Assembly (NCBI GenBank): GCA_047602425.1
Contig: JASGHG010000001.1
Coordinates: forward strand, 1,568,001 to 1,632,000
Direction of reading: 5' to 3'
Length of the DNA: 64,000 bases
Source of the DNA: Nibricoccus sp.
Lineage (GTDB): Bacteria > Verrucomicrobiota > Verrucomicrobiia > Opitutales > Opitutaceae
The first letter of the stretch is position 1. Every line of letters begins with the position of its first letter. Positions 19,756-30,268 of this stretch are shown here, in pieces. Under the pieces are notes generated by a model, which saw only the letters and a list, made by a program, of their open reading frames with translations, searched no databases and was not told the DNA's origin. Made by a program: the position numbers and the translations under genes.

Positions 19756-21087
19756 TCACTGATACAGCCAAATGCGGCGTGACATCTCTTGATAGAGCCG
19801 CGCGCGACCACGCCAATCCCTGATAAAGGCTTCGACATTCACCCGCGCGCCCTCCCGGCGAAGCGCATTCCACCAAGCGGTTGAGCCGATGTGGCGGTTG
19901 AACTTCGATATCTGGAGTCCATTGAACCCAGCATAGAGATTTGTGCCGCGGTAACGACAAGCCAGCCGCATTAAGTGGAAGCTCAGCTCGGTCGGATTCC
20001 ACACGCTCCAATCCGTGACCTGAACCAATACGCCACCGACAGGACGGCCGCGATTGTCGGCCTGCGTGATTTTCTGAAACCAAATCCCCGGAAGCCGCAG
20101 CATTTGCAAGTCGCGCAACAACTGCTCCGTTGGCTTCCCTCCGCCCGAGACAATTTGAAACGAATACGGCGGCCCCATGCTGTGGCTGAAACCGGTTTCC
20201 TGACAGCCGAGCCCAACCATTGCATAGCCTACAACCGAATTAAAATCGCAGATCGCCGGCGATGTCGGGATAAAATTCAGACCTGTTTCCGGCCAGCGCA
20301 TGTCGCGCCGCCACCCGCGCATCGCCACCACGGTCAGCCGGCCGCGCGCGCGAATGGTTTCCGGCACATCCATGATTCCGGGTGTCGCTGCCGCCAGCCG
20401 CGCGAGTTCCCCGATGGTCAATCCATGCACATAGGGCACGGGAAACGCACCGACGCCGCTCATCAACTCGCGGTCGAGCAGCGGCCCGTCGACTTTTAGA
20501 CCTCCCAATGGGTTCGGCCTGTCCAACACGATCACTTCCACGCCCGCCGAAAAGCAGGCTTCCATCGCATAGCGCATCGTCACCGAATACGTGTAGGAGC
20601 GCACACCGATATCCTGCAGGTCGATGACCAGCGCATCGATCGTGTTCAACTGCTCGCGTGTGGGCCGGCGATTTTTTCCATGCAGCGAATACACCGGCAA
20701 TTTCGTCCGCCGATCCACCGTGTCATCGACATTCACGCTGGCCGCCTCGCTGCCGTAGATGCCGTGTTCCGGCGCGAAAAGGCACACCAGTTTCACGCGC
20801 GGCGAACGTCGCAACACGTCAACGGTTGCCACCCCAAAACGATTTACCCCCGCCGGATGCGTGAGCAATCCCACTCGCTTTCCTCGCAATAACGCGAATC
20901 CCTCCGATTCCAGCACATCGATGCCCAGCAGTACTCGTGATTCCAATACCGGCATCGTGAACAATGGCCGGACCGGCGGGCGGCTCGGCGCCGTGCGTGG
21001 TCCCGCCATCACGCCGCTGGCGACAGCCAACGACACCAGCAACCACCGGAAAACCGTGGTCGGGAGAAAGCGGAATACAGAAAGCAT
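19756..21087 (-). CDS. DUF1343 / NamZ-family exo-beta-N-acetylmuramidase
   Basis: 'GKRVGLLTHPAG', 'FAPEHGIYG', 'DLQDIGVRSYTY', 'VLDRPNPLGG', 'HGLTIGELA'. Confidence 0.9.
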   Translation of the reverse strand: MLSVFRFLPTTVFRWLLVSLAVASGVMAGPRTAPSRPPVRPLFTMPVLESRVLLGIDVLESEGFALLRGKRVGLLTHPAGVNRFGVATVDVLRRSPRVKLVCLFAPEHGIYGSEAASVNVDDTVDRRTKLPVYSLHGKNRRPTREQLNTIDALVIDLQDIGVRSYTYSVTMRYAMEACFSAGVEVIVLDRPNPLGGLKVDGPLLDRELMSGVGAFPVPYVHGLTIGELARLAAATPGIMDVPETIRARGRLTVVAMRGWRRDMRWPETGLNFIPTSPAICDFNSVVGYAMVGLGCQETGFSHSMGPPYSFQIVSGGGKPTEQLLRDLQMLRLPGIWFQKITQADNRGRPVGGVLVQVTDWSVWNPTELSFHLMRLACRYRGTNLYAGFNGLQISKFNRHIGSTAWWNALRREGARVNVEAFIRDWRGRARLYQEMSRRIWLYQ

Positions 21088-21245
21088 CGCAGCGACGCAT
21101 GCCCGAGCACCGCGTTCCGGTCGAGCCGTTTTGTTCTCGTCGCTCTTCAAGGGAACCCGTTCCTCGAACCCTTCGCTGCGCTCAGGGCGAACCCGCTTAA
21201 CTCAAACCGCGCAGCTCACCATCTCCACACTCGCGTACTCCGTCC

Positions 21246-21308
21246 GACTTCCGACCTCTGGCCTCTGGCCTCCGGCCTCTGGCATCTGGCATCTGGCCTC
21301 CGGCTTCT
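21246..21308. repeat. Tandem 7-bp repeat, 9 units (consensus GGCCTCT)
   Basis: gacttcc gacctct ggcctct ggcctcc ggcctct ggcatct ggcatct ggcctcc ggcttct. Confidence 0.9.
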
Positions 21309-21354
21309 AGCATTTACGCTGGCACATTCCACCGTCATCGTGGTCGCACATCCG

Positions 21355-22224
21355 ATGAAACTTGTCCGCCTGCCACTTTTTTCCGCCAGCCTGCTCGGCC
21401 TCGTGCTGATCGGCCCTTTGCTGCGCGCCGACGATGCCTCCGCCGAGTCCAAGCTCAAAGAAATCGTCGCCCACCAAAAAGCCTTCTTCGCCGAAGCGGA
21501 AAAAGCCGGCGACAAACTCGACGACGAAAATGCACGCGGACAGCTTCAACAAATTGGCAACGACTACGAAACCCTCATCGGGCGTAATCCCAAATTCGTG
21601 CCCGCCTACGTCGCCTACGGCCTTTTCCTCGGCAAAGTCGACAATCGCAAAGACGCCATCGGAATACTCCTCAAGGCCAATGCCCTCGACAAAAATATCC
21701 CCGTGGTGAAAAACCAGCTCGGCAACTACCTCGCCGAGGAAGGCCGCCCTATCGAGGCCATGAACTACTATCTATCGGCCATTCAGCTTGAGCCCAAGGA
21801 AGCGCTTTATCATCTCCAACTCGGCAATCTGATCTTCGAAGCCCGCGCCGAGTTTCTAAAATCCGGCCAGTGGGATCGCTCGCAACTCGACAAGACGATG
21901 CAAAACTCCCTCCTCCAAGCCATGCAGTGCGCACCCGACGACTGGCGCTTCGGCTATCGCTACGGACTCTCGTTCTACCAAGTGGAAAAACCCGATTGGG
22001 ACGCCGCGCTGCAATTCTGGAAAGACTTTGAAAAAAAACTGCCCGCCGGACTTCAACAAGGCGCCGCCCGCATCAACCAGGCCAAGGTCCTCATCGCAAA
22101 AAGCCAGCCCGATGAAGCCAAGACCGTCCTCGCCTCCGTCACCGAGCCCGACCTGAAAGAAGAAAAAGAAAAGCTGATTACGGAAATAGACGCCAAAGCC
22201 GGCGCCTCCGAATCCACCAAGTAG
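21355..22224 (+). CDS. Exported TPR-repeat protein
   Basis: Signal peptide; TPR-like helices 'NQLGNYLAEEGRPIEAMNYYLSAIQLEP'. Confidence 0.8.
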   Translation: MKLVRLPLFSASLLGLVLIGPLLRADDASAESKLKEIVAHQKAFFAEAEKAGDKLDDENARGQLQQIGNDYETLIGRNPKFVPAYVAYGLFLGKVDNRKDAIGILLKANALDKNIPVVKNQLGNYLAEEGRPIEAMNYYLSAIQLEPKEALYHLQLGNLIFEARAEFLKSGQWDRSQLDKTMQNSLLQAMQCAPDDWRFGYRYGLSFYQVEKPDWDAALQFWKDFEKKLPAGLQQGAARINQAKVLIAKSQPDEAKTVLASVTEPDLKEEKEKLITEIDAKAGASESTK

Positions 22225-22267
22225 CATTTGCCAACCCCCGGTGCATGCCTTGCACTGGACGAACATC

Positions 22268-23080
22268 ATGTCTTGGTTCAATAAAATCGCGCGCAAGCTC
22301 GAACCTTTCGCCATCCACAATCTCACGCTCTACCTCGTAATCGGACAGACATTCGTCTATCTGGCGGCGATGATGGGGCTGCTGGATCCCATTAAGCTCA
22401 TGCTTGTGCCTGCACTGGTCGGGCAAGGGGAGCCCTGGCGCCTTATCTCGTTCATCTTTATTCCCCCCAATGCCAGCTGGCTGTTCATCGCCTTTGCCTT
22501 GTATCTTTTCTACTTGTTCGGCTCCTCGCTGGAAGAACATTGGGGCGCGCTTCACTACAACCTCTTTCTTCTCACCGGCTATTTGCTTACCGTAGGGTTG
22601 TCTTTTCTCACACCCACCGAGACCGCTTCCAATTTCTTTATCGGCAGCGCGGTGTTCCTCGCCTTCGCGTATCTTTTCCCGGATTTCGTCATGTACATTT
22701 TCTTCATCCTCCCGGTGAAGATCAAATGGCTGGGGCTTCTTACCTGGCTCGGTTATGCCTTCAGTTTTTACGTCGGCGAGTGGCCCACGCGCTTCGCCAT
22801 CATCGGCGGCGTCGGCAATTTTCTCATCTTCTTCGCCCGCGATATCGTCCTCAGCATCAAGCAAGGCCGTCGCCGCATGCAGTCCCAAGCCAAGTTATTT
22901 GGCCGGCAAAACGACGAACGCGAACCACGTCATGTCTGCCACGTCTGCGGCAAAACAGACATCAGCCATCCTGAACTCGATTTTCGCTATTGTTCAAAAT
23001 GCGCCGGCGATCAATGCTACTGCCCTGAGCATCTCCGCGCGCACGAGCATGTGTTGAACAACCCCGCCGCGAAATCATGA
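22268..23080 (+). CDS. Rhomboid/Derlin-like membrane protein with C-terminal Cys/His zinc-finger
   Basis: 'GEPWRLISFIF', 'FILPVKIKWL', about 6 TM segments; 'CHVCG...CSKC...YCPEH'. Confidence 0.75.
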   Translation: MSWFNKIARKLEPFAIHNLTLYLVIGQTFVYLAAMMGLLDPIKLMLVPALVGQGEPWRLISFIFIPPNASWLFIAFALYLFYLFGSSLEEHWGALHYNLFLLTGYLLTVGLSFLTPTETASNFFIGSAVFLAFAYLFPDFVMYIFFILPVKIKWLGLLTWLGYAFSFYVGEWPTRFAIIGGVGNFLIFFARDIVLSIKQGRRRMQSQAKLFGRQNDEREPRHVCHVCGKTDISHPELDFRYCSKCAGDQCYCPEHLRAHEHVLNNPAAKS

Positions 23081-24018
23081 AAAAATCGCCCGCAACCAAG
23101 GCGCGAAAAAAGCCCCTCTTTTCCCGCACGGCCCAGCTCGTGACGTTCGATGACTGGCTGCAGCTCGCCGTCGAGCTCTACGCCCGCGAAGAGGTCGCCC
23201 TCGGCCAGGTCACCGATATCGCGCAGGACGAAGCCCTTTATCTCCTCCTCCGCACGCTCGATCTTCCGCTCGATAGCAACCCCGATATCCTCGATCGCAA
23301 GCTCACTCCAAAGGAAATCACCGCCGTTAAAGCCGTCCTTGAACGCCGCATCGTCGATCGCGTGCCCGCAGCCTACATCACGCGCGAGGCTTTCCTCGGT
23401 GAACATCGCTTCTACGTCGACGAACGCGCCATCATCCCACGCTCCTACTTTCTCGAAATTATCCCCGAACAGCTCGACCATTGGCTGCCTGACCCAAAAA
23501 AAGTTCGTCACGTCGTCGACGTTTGCACGGGCTCAGGCTGCCTCGCCATCCTACTTGCCGATCATTTTCCCAAGGCCAAAGTCGATGCCATCGATCTCTC
23601 GCCCGACGCGCTGGAGGTCGCGAAGATCAATCTCAAGGACCACAAGCTCGCCAGCCGCGTACAACTCTTCGAGAGCGACGTTTTTGACGCTGTCCCAAAA
23701 CAAAAATACGACGTCATTCTCAGCAATCCCCCGTACGAGCCGAGTAAACATGTCGACGGCCTGCCCATTGAGTTTCACCAAGAGCCACGCATGTCGCTCG
23801 ATGGCGGCCATGACGGGCTAGACATCATCCGCAAGCTCCTGCGCCAGTCGCGAGAACGCCTGCAACCCGACGGTATCGTCCTGATTGAAGTCGGCGGCCT
23901 GCGCGAAGCAATGGACAAGGAATTTGCCGCCCTCGATCTCCACTGGCTTCACACCACCGACGGCGCCGATTGCATCTGCGTCATCAACGCAAAACGGTTA
24001 AAAACCGCCAAATTATAA
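23077..24018 (+). CDS. prmB: Ribosomal protein uL3 N5-glutamine methyltransferase
   Basis: 'RVPAAYITREA', 'FYVDERAIIPRS', 'DVCTGSGCLA', NPPY. Confidence 0.9.
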   Translation: MKKSPATKARKKPLFSRTAQLVTFDDWLQLAVELYAREEVALGQVTDIAQDEALYLLLRTLDLPLDSNPDILDRKLTPKEITAVKAVLERRIVDRVPAAYITREAFLGEHRFYVDERAIIPRSYFLEIIPEQLDHWLPDPKKVRHVVDVCTGSGCLAILLADHFPKAKVDAIDLSPDALEVAKINLKDHKLASRVQLFESDVFDAVPKQKYDVILSNPPYEPSKHVDGLPIEFHQEPRMSLDGGHDGLDIIRKLLRQSRERLQPDGIVLIEVGGLREAMDKEFAALDLHWLHTTDGADCICVINAKRLKTAKL

Positions 24019-24075
24019 GCCGGTCCTTTCGACCGACCATAGCCGCTCAGCATAAAAAACCAGTCCACCCAAACT

Positions 24076-24099
24076 GGAGGGCCGACTTCCACGTCGGTC
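24076..24099 (+). repeat. REP-like element (GGAG tetranucleotide plus hairpin)
   Basis: GGAG-GGCCGAC-ttccac-GTCGGTC between convergent prmB and the porin gene; single copy in the window. Confidence 0.45.
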
Positions 24100-24173
24100 A
24101 ATCCGAGTAAGCCAGCTAGGCGAAAACGTTCAATCGGAGCTGATGTTGTAGCGGCACAACTTAGTCGATTTGC

Positions 24174-25328
24174 CTAGAACAGAACCTGCATCCGGCCGAT
24201 CAACCGATCGCCATCGTCAAAACCCTCGGGCTGGTCACCAATCAGGTAGTTGAGCGAGAGCTTCAGATCTTCGCCACGCAACAGGTAGTTCACACCTGTC
24301 GTCCAAACCTTGGTGGTGGTGTTGGTGGTTGCGGTATTGCTGTCGTAATTTTCATAACGCACCACGCCCTGCCATTTCGGCGTAATCCTGTAGGCTGCAA
24401 GCAGAGAATAGCCTTCGGCCTTGGTGACAACTCCAGCCGTCGTGCGATTTTCGCCGCGCAGCCATTCCGCCCAAATATCGCCGGAACCGATGGCGACTTG
24501 CGTGTCGATACCCAAGCCCTTCCGTACACCGCTGAACGCCGTGCCCGTACCCGTATCCCGCGTCCGGAGCGCGTTCGTGCCGACGCTCCACTTCAAGGGA
24601 GTGTCGCCAAGCTTGGTATCGACGACCAGTCCGGAAACACGTCCCGCCCACATCATTTGGTCATTATCGTTGGTTGTCGTATTCACGCCGCTGCCATTGA
24701 AGGCGCCGACCGAATACGAAATACGCTTCTCCACGACGTCCCCGGAAACCCCGACGCCGATTTGCCGGCCGAAGGTCAAACGATCGTTCGGTAGCGAACG
24801 CTCGATCGTGTGCGTCTTCGTGTCCGACGCCAGCTGTTCGAAGCCGAAAGGTGTTTTAAACTGGCCAACCTTAACGACCGAAAAAGCGTATTTGTTCCAT
24901 TGCAGGTAACCGTCGGTTAGTTGTGCTCGAAGTCCGCTGGAGGCGCCGAGCGTGTTCGCGCCGAAGTCGGCTTCGACTTTAGCCAGGAAGTCGCCGCCAA
25001 AGGTGGCCGTGGCATTCAAACGCGCACGACGCAGAAAAAACCGATTCGAGATACCCGCCCAACGCGCATCCGGCACGTCACCGAATTCGCCGTTTGCATG
25101 AATGAACCCACCCAGGACCAACTTCGTCTCCTTGCCCGCAGGAGCGACGAAAACCGGTGGTTTACCGTCCTTTGAATAGCCAAGTTCCTTTTTCAGCGCG
25201 GCGTTCTCGGCGGCCAACGCGGACACTTTCTTTTCCAATTCAGACAAGCGCTCCTCGATGGTGGGCGCAGCAAATGCCGGCAACGCCAAGAGAGCGAGCA
25301 CGGCCATTGGGATAGAACGAAGGATCAT
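24174..25328 (-). CDS. Phosphate-selective porin (OprO/OprP family)
   Basis: Signal peptide, coiled coil, 'FFLRRARL', 'VGQFKTPFGFEQL', 'IERS', terminal F. Confidence 0.85.
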   Translation of the reverse strand: MILRSIPMAVLALLALPAFAAPTIEERLSELEKKVSALAAENAALKKELGYSKDGKPPVFVAPAGKETKLVLGGFIHANGEFGDVPDARWAGISNRFFLRRARLNATATFGGDFLAKVEADFGANTLGASSGLRAQLTDGYLQWNKYAFSVVKVGQFKTPFGFEQLASDTKTHTIERSLPNDRLTFGRQIGVGVSGDVVEKRISYSVGAFNGSGVNTTTNDNDQMMWAGRVSGLVVDTKLGDTPLKWSVGTNALRTRDTGTGTAFSGVRKGLGIDTQVAIGSGDIWAEWLRGENRTTAGVVTKAEGYSLLAAYRITPKWQGVVRYENYDSNTATTNTTTKVWTTGVNYLLRGEDLKLSLNYLIGDQPEGFDDGDRLIGRMQVLF

Positions 25329-25508
25329 GTTGGTTGGTAGGGTTTGTTTAGAGCCTATTTTGTATTTCGGCTGCTTCAAGTGATCCTTAAGTTTCATCAC
25401 CTGGAGGGCTTCTCGCTGCCAGCTCGCACAATCTACTACATAAAATCGAGTTACTGCATGGTGCAGTTTGCGACAGAACTAGAAAATAAACCCGAACAAG
25501 TCTCTCCC

Positions 25509-25524
25509 TGCTACGGTAATGCCA
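25509..25524 (-). promoter_or_regulatory. Possible sigma54 (-24/-12) promoter for the porin gene
   Basis: Minus strand TGGCATTACCGTAGCA has GG-N10-GC spacing; the -12 element is imperfect. Confidence 0.3.
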
Positions 25525-25620
25525 TGAAATTACATTAAGCAGCCGTTAGCACATCCAATATAAACCGGGAATGCACTCTGAGATTGCACCGCGGAAGGCC
25601 GTTTGAAACAACGTCGGCGC

Positions 25621-27735
25621 ATGTTTCGCACCTCCCGACCCCAGGGTTTGGTCCAAATGCTAGCGGTAGGTTTTTTGATCGTTGCGATCGCCGTCCGCTC
25701 GTTGGCCGAACCGACACCTGAAATCGCGCGCCAACGCATTTTCGAACTTCGCGCGCAGATCAAACATCATGATGCGCTCTATTTCCAAAAGGCGGCGCCA
25801 GAAATCAGCGATGCCGCTTATGATGCCTTAAAACGCGAATTGCGCGATTTGGAGCAGACTTATCCGGCGGAGGCCAAGACCGCTGTGCTCGCCGACGATC
25901 ATACGGATGGCTTCACCAAAGTGGTTCACCGCGTCCCGATGCTCAGTCTCGAAAAGGCGTACACCGAGACCGAACTCCGTGCGTTTTGCGACAGGATCGC
26001 CAAGTCGGCCGGAGACGTTGCGCGCTTCGTCATCGAGCCTAAAATCGACGGTCTCTCCGTGAACGCTGTCTACAAAAATGGTCGTTTCGAAAGCGCTTCG
26101 ACGCGTGGGAGCGGTCGCGAAGGCGATGACATCACCGCCAACGCATTGATGATCCGCCCACTGCCACGCGCACTCCGCACCACCAAACCTGACGGAACCG
26201 CCAACAATATTCCCACATTGATCGAGCTGCGCGGTGAAATCTACCTCTCGCACGCCGAATTCAACCGGTTGAATCGAGAACGTTACGCCGAAGGCGAACC
26301 GCCGCTTTCGCATCCCCGCAATGCCGCTGTTGGCACCATCAAGTCCCGCGACCCCAATGAAACCGCGGAGCGACATCTCGATATTGTTTTCTATGGCTTC
26401 GGCACTTGCGAGCCGGCGAACGCCACACCCGCCAGCCAGCAGGCGCTGCATGCGCAATTGCATGATTGGGGCCTGCCGGTTTTAGAAACCTTCACAACCG
26501 CCAAAAATACCGACGAAGTCTGGGCCGCGGTGAGGTCGCTCGGACAACGACGCGACAAACTCGCCGCACCCATTGACGGTGCGGTGATAAAACTCGACGA
26601 CGTTGCCTCTCGTACGCAGTTCGGCGATTCGGCTGAAGGTCCTCGCTGGGCCATTGCCTATAAATATCCCCCGGAGCGCGTCGCAACCCAACTGCGCGCC
26701 ATCACCCTTCAAGTCGGCCGCACCGGCGTCCTCACTCCCGTCGCCGAACTCGCACCCGTCGAACTGGCGGGCAGCACCATCGCAAGAGCCTCACTCCACA
26801 ATCGCGAACAGATCGCCCGCCTCGATCTTCGTCTTGGCGATACCGTTTACCTCGAAAAAGCCGGCGAAATCATTCCCGAGATCGTCGGTGTTGACCTCAC
26901 CCGCCGTCCGGCCATGAGTTCGCGCTATGCTTTCCCGCCGGATTGTCCGTCCTGTCATACGCCCGTTGTCAACGAGCAGGATATCTCGGCCGTGCGCTGC
27001 CCGAACTTCGATTGCCCCGCGCAACGGCAACGCCTGCTCTCTCATTTCGCGAGCAAAGCCGGCGTGAATATTGTCGGTCTTGGCGACAGCACACTTGCCG
27101 AACTTATCGCCAGAGACCTCATTCGCAACGCGGCCGATTTTTATGGATTGCAGAAAAGCGATTTACTGAAAATTCCCGGCTTGGGAGAAAAATCCACCGA
27201 CCAGTTGCTCAGCTCCATCGCTCGCAGCCGTCAGGCCGAGCTCTGGCGCTTCATCCATGGCCTCGGCATTCCGCAAGTTGGCCCCGCCACCGCCAAAACG
27301 CTGGCCCTTCGCTTCCATTCGCTGGAAAAACTGGCTGCCGCCAAGCGGGACGATTTACCTCCAGCTCTTGGTTCTTCGACCATCGACGCCGTCGAAGCAT
27401 TCATCGGCAGGCCGGAAAACCGGGCCTTGTTGCTTGCCCTCGACAAAGTTGTCCAACCCACGCAGGTCGCGGCGCACACCAACGACCTGTCAGGCAAAAT
27501 TTTCGTCCTCACCGGCCGTCTTCAGACTTTGTCGCGAGATGAAACCATCCGCCGGATCGAAGCCGCCGGCGGCCTCGTCCGCGACAGCGTGGGCAAAGCG
27601 ACCTCCTATGTCGTCGCGGGGGAAAACGCCGGGGAAAAGCTCACTAAAGCCAAAGCACTAAATATTCCGGTAATCGACGAAGGAGAATTGCTGCGACTTT
27701 TGGCCAACCCGCCGCCACCAGCGTCCGCTCAATAA
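25621..27735 (+). CDS. ligA: NAD+-dependent DNA ligase
   Basis: 'PEISDAAYD', motif I 'EPKIDG', 'ELRGE', 'PRWAIAYKY', 'QVGRTG', C4 zinc finger, HhH, BRCT; start uncertain (25621, 25657 or 25702). Confidence 0.95.
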   Translation: MFRTSRPQGLVQMLAVGFLIVAIAVRSLAEPTPEIARQRIFELRAQIKHHDALYFQKAAPEISDAAYDALKRELRDLEQTYPAEAKTAVLADDHTDGFTKVVHRVPMLSLEKAYTETELRAFCDRIAKSAGDVARFVIEPKIDGLSVNAVYKNGRFESASTRGSGREGDDITANALMIRPLPRALRTTKPDGTANNIPTLIELRGEIYLSHAEFNRLNRERYAEGEPPLSHPRNAAVGTIKSRDPNETAERHLDIVFYGFGTCEPANATPASQQALHAQLHDWGLPVLETFTTAKNTDEVWAAVRSLGQRRDKLAAPIDGAVIKLDDVASRTQFGDSAEGPRWAIAYKYPPERVATQLRAITLQVGRTGVLTPVAELAPVELAGSTIARASLHNREQIARLDLRLGDTVYLEKAGEIIPEIVGVDLTRRPAMSSRYAFPPDCPSCHTPVVNEQDISAVRCPNFDCPAQRQRLLSHFASKAGVNIVGLGDSTLAELIARDLIRNAADFYGLQKSDLLKIPGLGEKSTDQLLSSIARSRQAELWRFIHGLGIPQVGPATAKTLALRFHSLEKLAAAKRDDLPPALGSSTIDAVEAFIGRPENRALLLALDKVVQPTQVAAHTNDLSGKIFVLTGRLQTLSRDETIRRIEAAGGLVRDSVGKATSYVVAGENAGEKLTKAKALNIPVIDEGELLRLLANPPPPASAQ

Positions 27736-28748
27736 CTCGTTTTACCAAGTTTCACCTTGCCGCGGAAGATCCAGTAAATGCTCACGCTGTAGGCCAGAAC
27801 GATTGGGATGCCAATGCACGCGATGGCCAGCATGATGCGCAGTGTCTTCTGGGAGGACGCGGCATTGTAGACGGTCAGGCTGTTCGCCGGGTTTGGCGCG
27901 CTAAAAATCAGGTTTGGAAACATGCCCACGCCGAAAAGCGACATGAGGCAGACCATCGCTCCGCATGAAGAAAGAAACGCCTGAAAGTCCAGCCCCTTGG
28001 TCACGCATCGAGGGATGTTCGCTATTGCCAGTACCGCCGTCACAACTATTCCAAAGAACCAAGGTTCGTGTTTGATCGCATCGGTGATGTGCGGCACGTA
28101 AAGCAGCGTCGCCAGCGTGAAAATCACGTACAAGACGACGAAATTGACGATTGCCGGATTGATCCACTTGCGCACACGGTCATGCAGCGCGCCTTCGGTC
28201 TTCATCAAAAGATAGATCGCGCCGTGCATGGCGAAAAGCGCCGCCGTCGTCAGCCCCATCATCAACGCATAGGGATGCAACAGCCCCAAAAACGTACCGG
28301 CGAATTCGTGCTCCGCGTCCAACGGCACGCCCCAGGCGATATTTCCCATCGCCACTCCGACAAGGAAAGACGACAACACACTGCCACCGGCAAAAGCGTA
28401 ATCCCACATCGTCCGCCACCATTTCATCGGCTGCTTGCTGCGAAACTCAATTGCCACCGCGCGAAAAATGAGGGCCACCAGCAACAGCATGAATGCGAGG
28501 TAAAATCCGGAAAAAACCGTGGCGTAGACCATGGGAAATGCGGCAAACAATGCGCCGCCGCCGGTGACGAGCCAGACCTCGTTGCCATCCCAAACCGGAC
28601 CGATGGCGTTGAGGAAGACGCGCCGATCCTCGTCGGTCCGCGCAATCAAATGCAACGCCCCCACGCCGAGATCGAAGCCATCGAGAATGGCGTACCCAGT
28701 GAAAAGGACGCCGACGAGAATGAACCAAAGAGTATTGAGATCAGGCAT
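27729..28748 (-). CDS. cydB: Cytochrome bd oxidase subunit II
   Basis: 'GYAILDGFDLGVG', 'IGPVWDGNEVWLV', 'AASSQKTL'. Confidence 0.97.
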   Translation of the reverse strand: MPDLNTLWFILVGVLFTGYAILDGFDLGVGALHLIARTDEDRRVFLNAIGPVWDGNEVWLVTGGGALFAAFPMVYATVFSGFYLAFMLLLVALIFRAVAIEFRSKQPMKWWRTMWDYAFAGGSVLSSFLVGVAMGNIAWGVPLDAEHEFAGTFLGLLHPYALMMGLTTAALFAMHGAIYLLMKTEGALHDRVRKWINPAIVNFVVLYVIFTLATLLYVPHITDAIKHEPWFFGIVVTAVLAIANIPRCVTKGLDFQAFLSSCGAMVCLMSLFGVGMFPNLIFSAPNPANSLTVYNAASSQKTLRIMLAIACIGIPIVLAYSVSIYWIFRGKVKLGKTSY

Positions 28749-28758
28749 GATATTTGCC

Positions 28759-30129
28759 TCAGGTTATAGGTTCGTGTTTTGGTAACGCGAGTTTCCCGGC
28801 TTCATGCAGGTCACTCTCGTCGGGGCCGTGCGAGATCTTGTCGTTCAACAAATAGATAAAAAGTGCGAAAAGCAGCGCGTAGACCAAGGTGAACAACACG
28901 AGCGACGCCACGACGACTTCGCTGCGCACCACTTTCGACAGGCCTTCGGACGTGCGCAGCAAACCGTATACGATCCACGGTTGCCGTCCCACTTCGGCGG
29001 ACCACCAACCCACTTGATTCGCGATTTGCGGGCCCAGCACCGCGAAGACGAGCAACCATAAATACCAACGCTTCTCCAACAATACGCCACGCCACCACAA
29101 GAACGCGCCGATCAGACCGAGCCCGATGAGTGCAAATCCCACGGCAATCATGAGGTGATAAGTCTGGAAAACAAAATTTGCCGGCGGCCGGTCCGCAGGT
29201 TTGAACTCGTTGAGGCCGGTCACGGGTTTCGACGCATCACCGTAAACAAGCCAGCTCAACATGCCGGGGAACGCCACCCCGTGCGTCTCGCCATTTTTGG
29301 CGTCGACCCAACCAAAAGCATACAATGGCGCGGGCCCTGTTTCAAAATGTCCCTCGAAAGCGGCGAGCTTCGCCGGCTGATTTTTTGCGACGCCCGCAGC
29401 GCTATGGTGACCGGTGAAAAGCTGAAACAGGCTGACCGCCAGAATGAGCGCGAGTCCCAACTTTATGGATACACGCGCAAAATCGCGATGTCGTCCGCGC
29501 AAGGCGTAAAATGCTCCGACGCTCGCCACGAGCGTCGCCCCGGCCAGCCAGCACCCGCCCACTGTATGCGTGAGGCGATCGATCGACGATGGATTAAAAA
29601 CCATTTCCCAAAAATCGGTGACTTCCGCACGGGCGTTCATCCCTTCGCCCACGATGTGGTAGCCCGCCGGCGTTTGCTGCCACGAGTTTGCCACGATAAT
29701 CCACACCGCGCTGAAATGTGCGCCCAGTGCGACCATGCACGTGGCAAAAAAGTGCAGTTTGGGTCCCACGCGATCCCAACCGAACAACAACACAGCGAGA
29801 AAACCCGATTCGAGGAAGAAGGCGAAAATTCCCTCCGCCGCCAGCGCGCTGCCAAAGATGTCGCCGACATAGCGCGAATAGGTCGCCCAGTTCGTGCCAA
29901 ATTCAAATTCCATCACAATGCCCGAAGCCACGCCGATTGCAAAAGTCAGTGCAAAGACCTTCGTCCAGAATTTTGCCATCTGGTGGTAAAGCGGATTTTT
30001 AGTCTTCAGCCACAACCCTTCCAACACCACCAGCACCACGCCAAGCCCGATGCTCAATGGCGGATAGATGTAATGAAACGAAATCGTGAACGCGAACTGC
30101 AGACGCGAAAGCCAAAGGACGTGATCCAT
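28759..30129 (-). CDS. cydA: Cytochrome bd oxidase subunit I
   Basis: '[13 protein letters not shown]', 'EFEFGTNW', '[10 protein letters not shown]', 'EVGRQPWIV'. Confidence 0.97.
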   Translation of the reverse strand: MDHVLWLSRLQFAFTISFHYIYPPLSIGLGVVLVVLEGLWLKTKNPLYHQMAKFWTKVFALTFAIGVASGIVMEFEFGTNWATYSRYVGDIFGSALAAEGIFAFFLESGFLAVLLFGWDRVGPKLHFFATCMVALGAHFSAVWIIVANSWQQTPAGYHIVGEGMNARAEVTDFWEMVFNPSSIDRLTHTVGGCWLAGATLVASVGAFYALRGRHRDFARVSIKLGLALILAVSLFQLFTGHHSAAGVAKNQPAKLAAFEGHFETGPAPLYAFGWVDAKNGETHGVAFPGMLSWLVYGDASKPVTGLNEFKPADRPPANFVFQTYHLMIAVGFALIGLGLIGAFLWWRGVLLEKRWYLWLLVFAVLGPQIANQVGWWSAEVGRQPWIVYGLLRTSEGLSKVVRSEVVVASLVLFTLVYALLFALFIYLLNDKISHGPDESDLHEAGKLALPKHEPIT

Positions 30130-30268
30130 GAGTCCTTGAAAAAAGGATCCCCACCTCAGAGCACAACTCGCGTCCAGCCTTAGTAAAAGGAGTAATCCGC
30201 ATTATTAACTCATCCGCCGGGCGGGGGTGGAATCTTCGCACACCCTCCGTCCAAAAACGACCCAGAAG

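Noticed and set aside
25330..25600. Pho box upstream of the porin gene
   Set aside because: Only weak partial matches; no clean 11-bp direct repeat.
27729..27735. Overlap of the convergent ligA and cydB 3' ends
   Set aside because: A 7-bp stop-codon overlap is common and not informative by itself.
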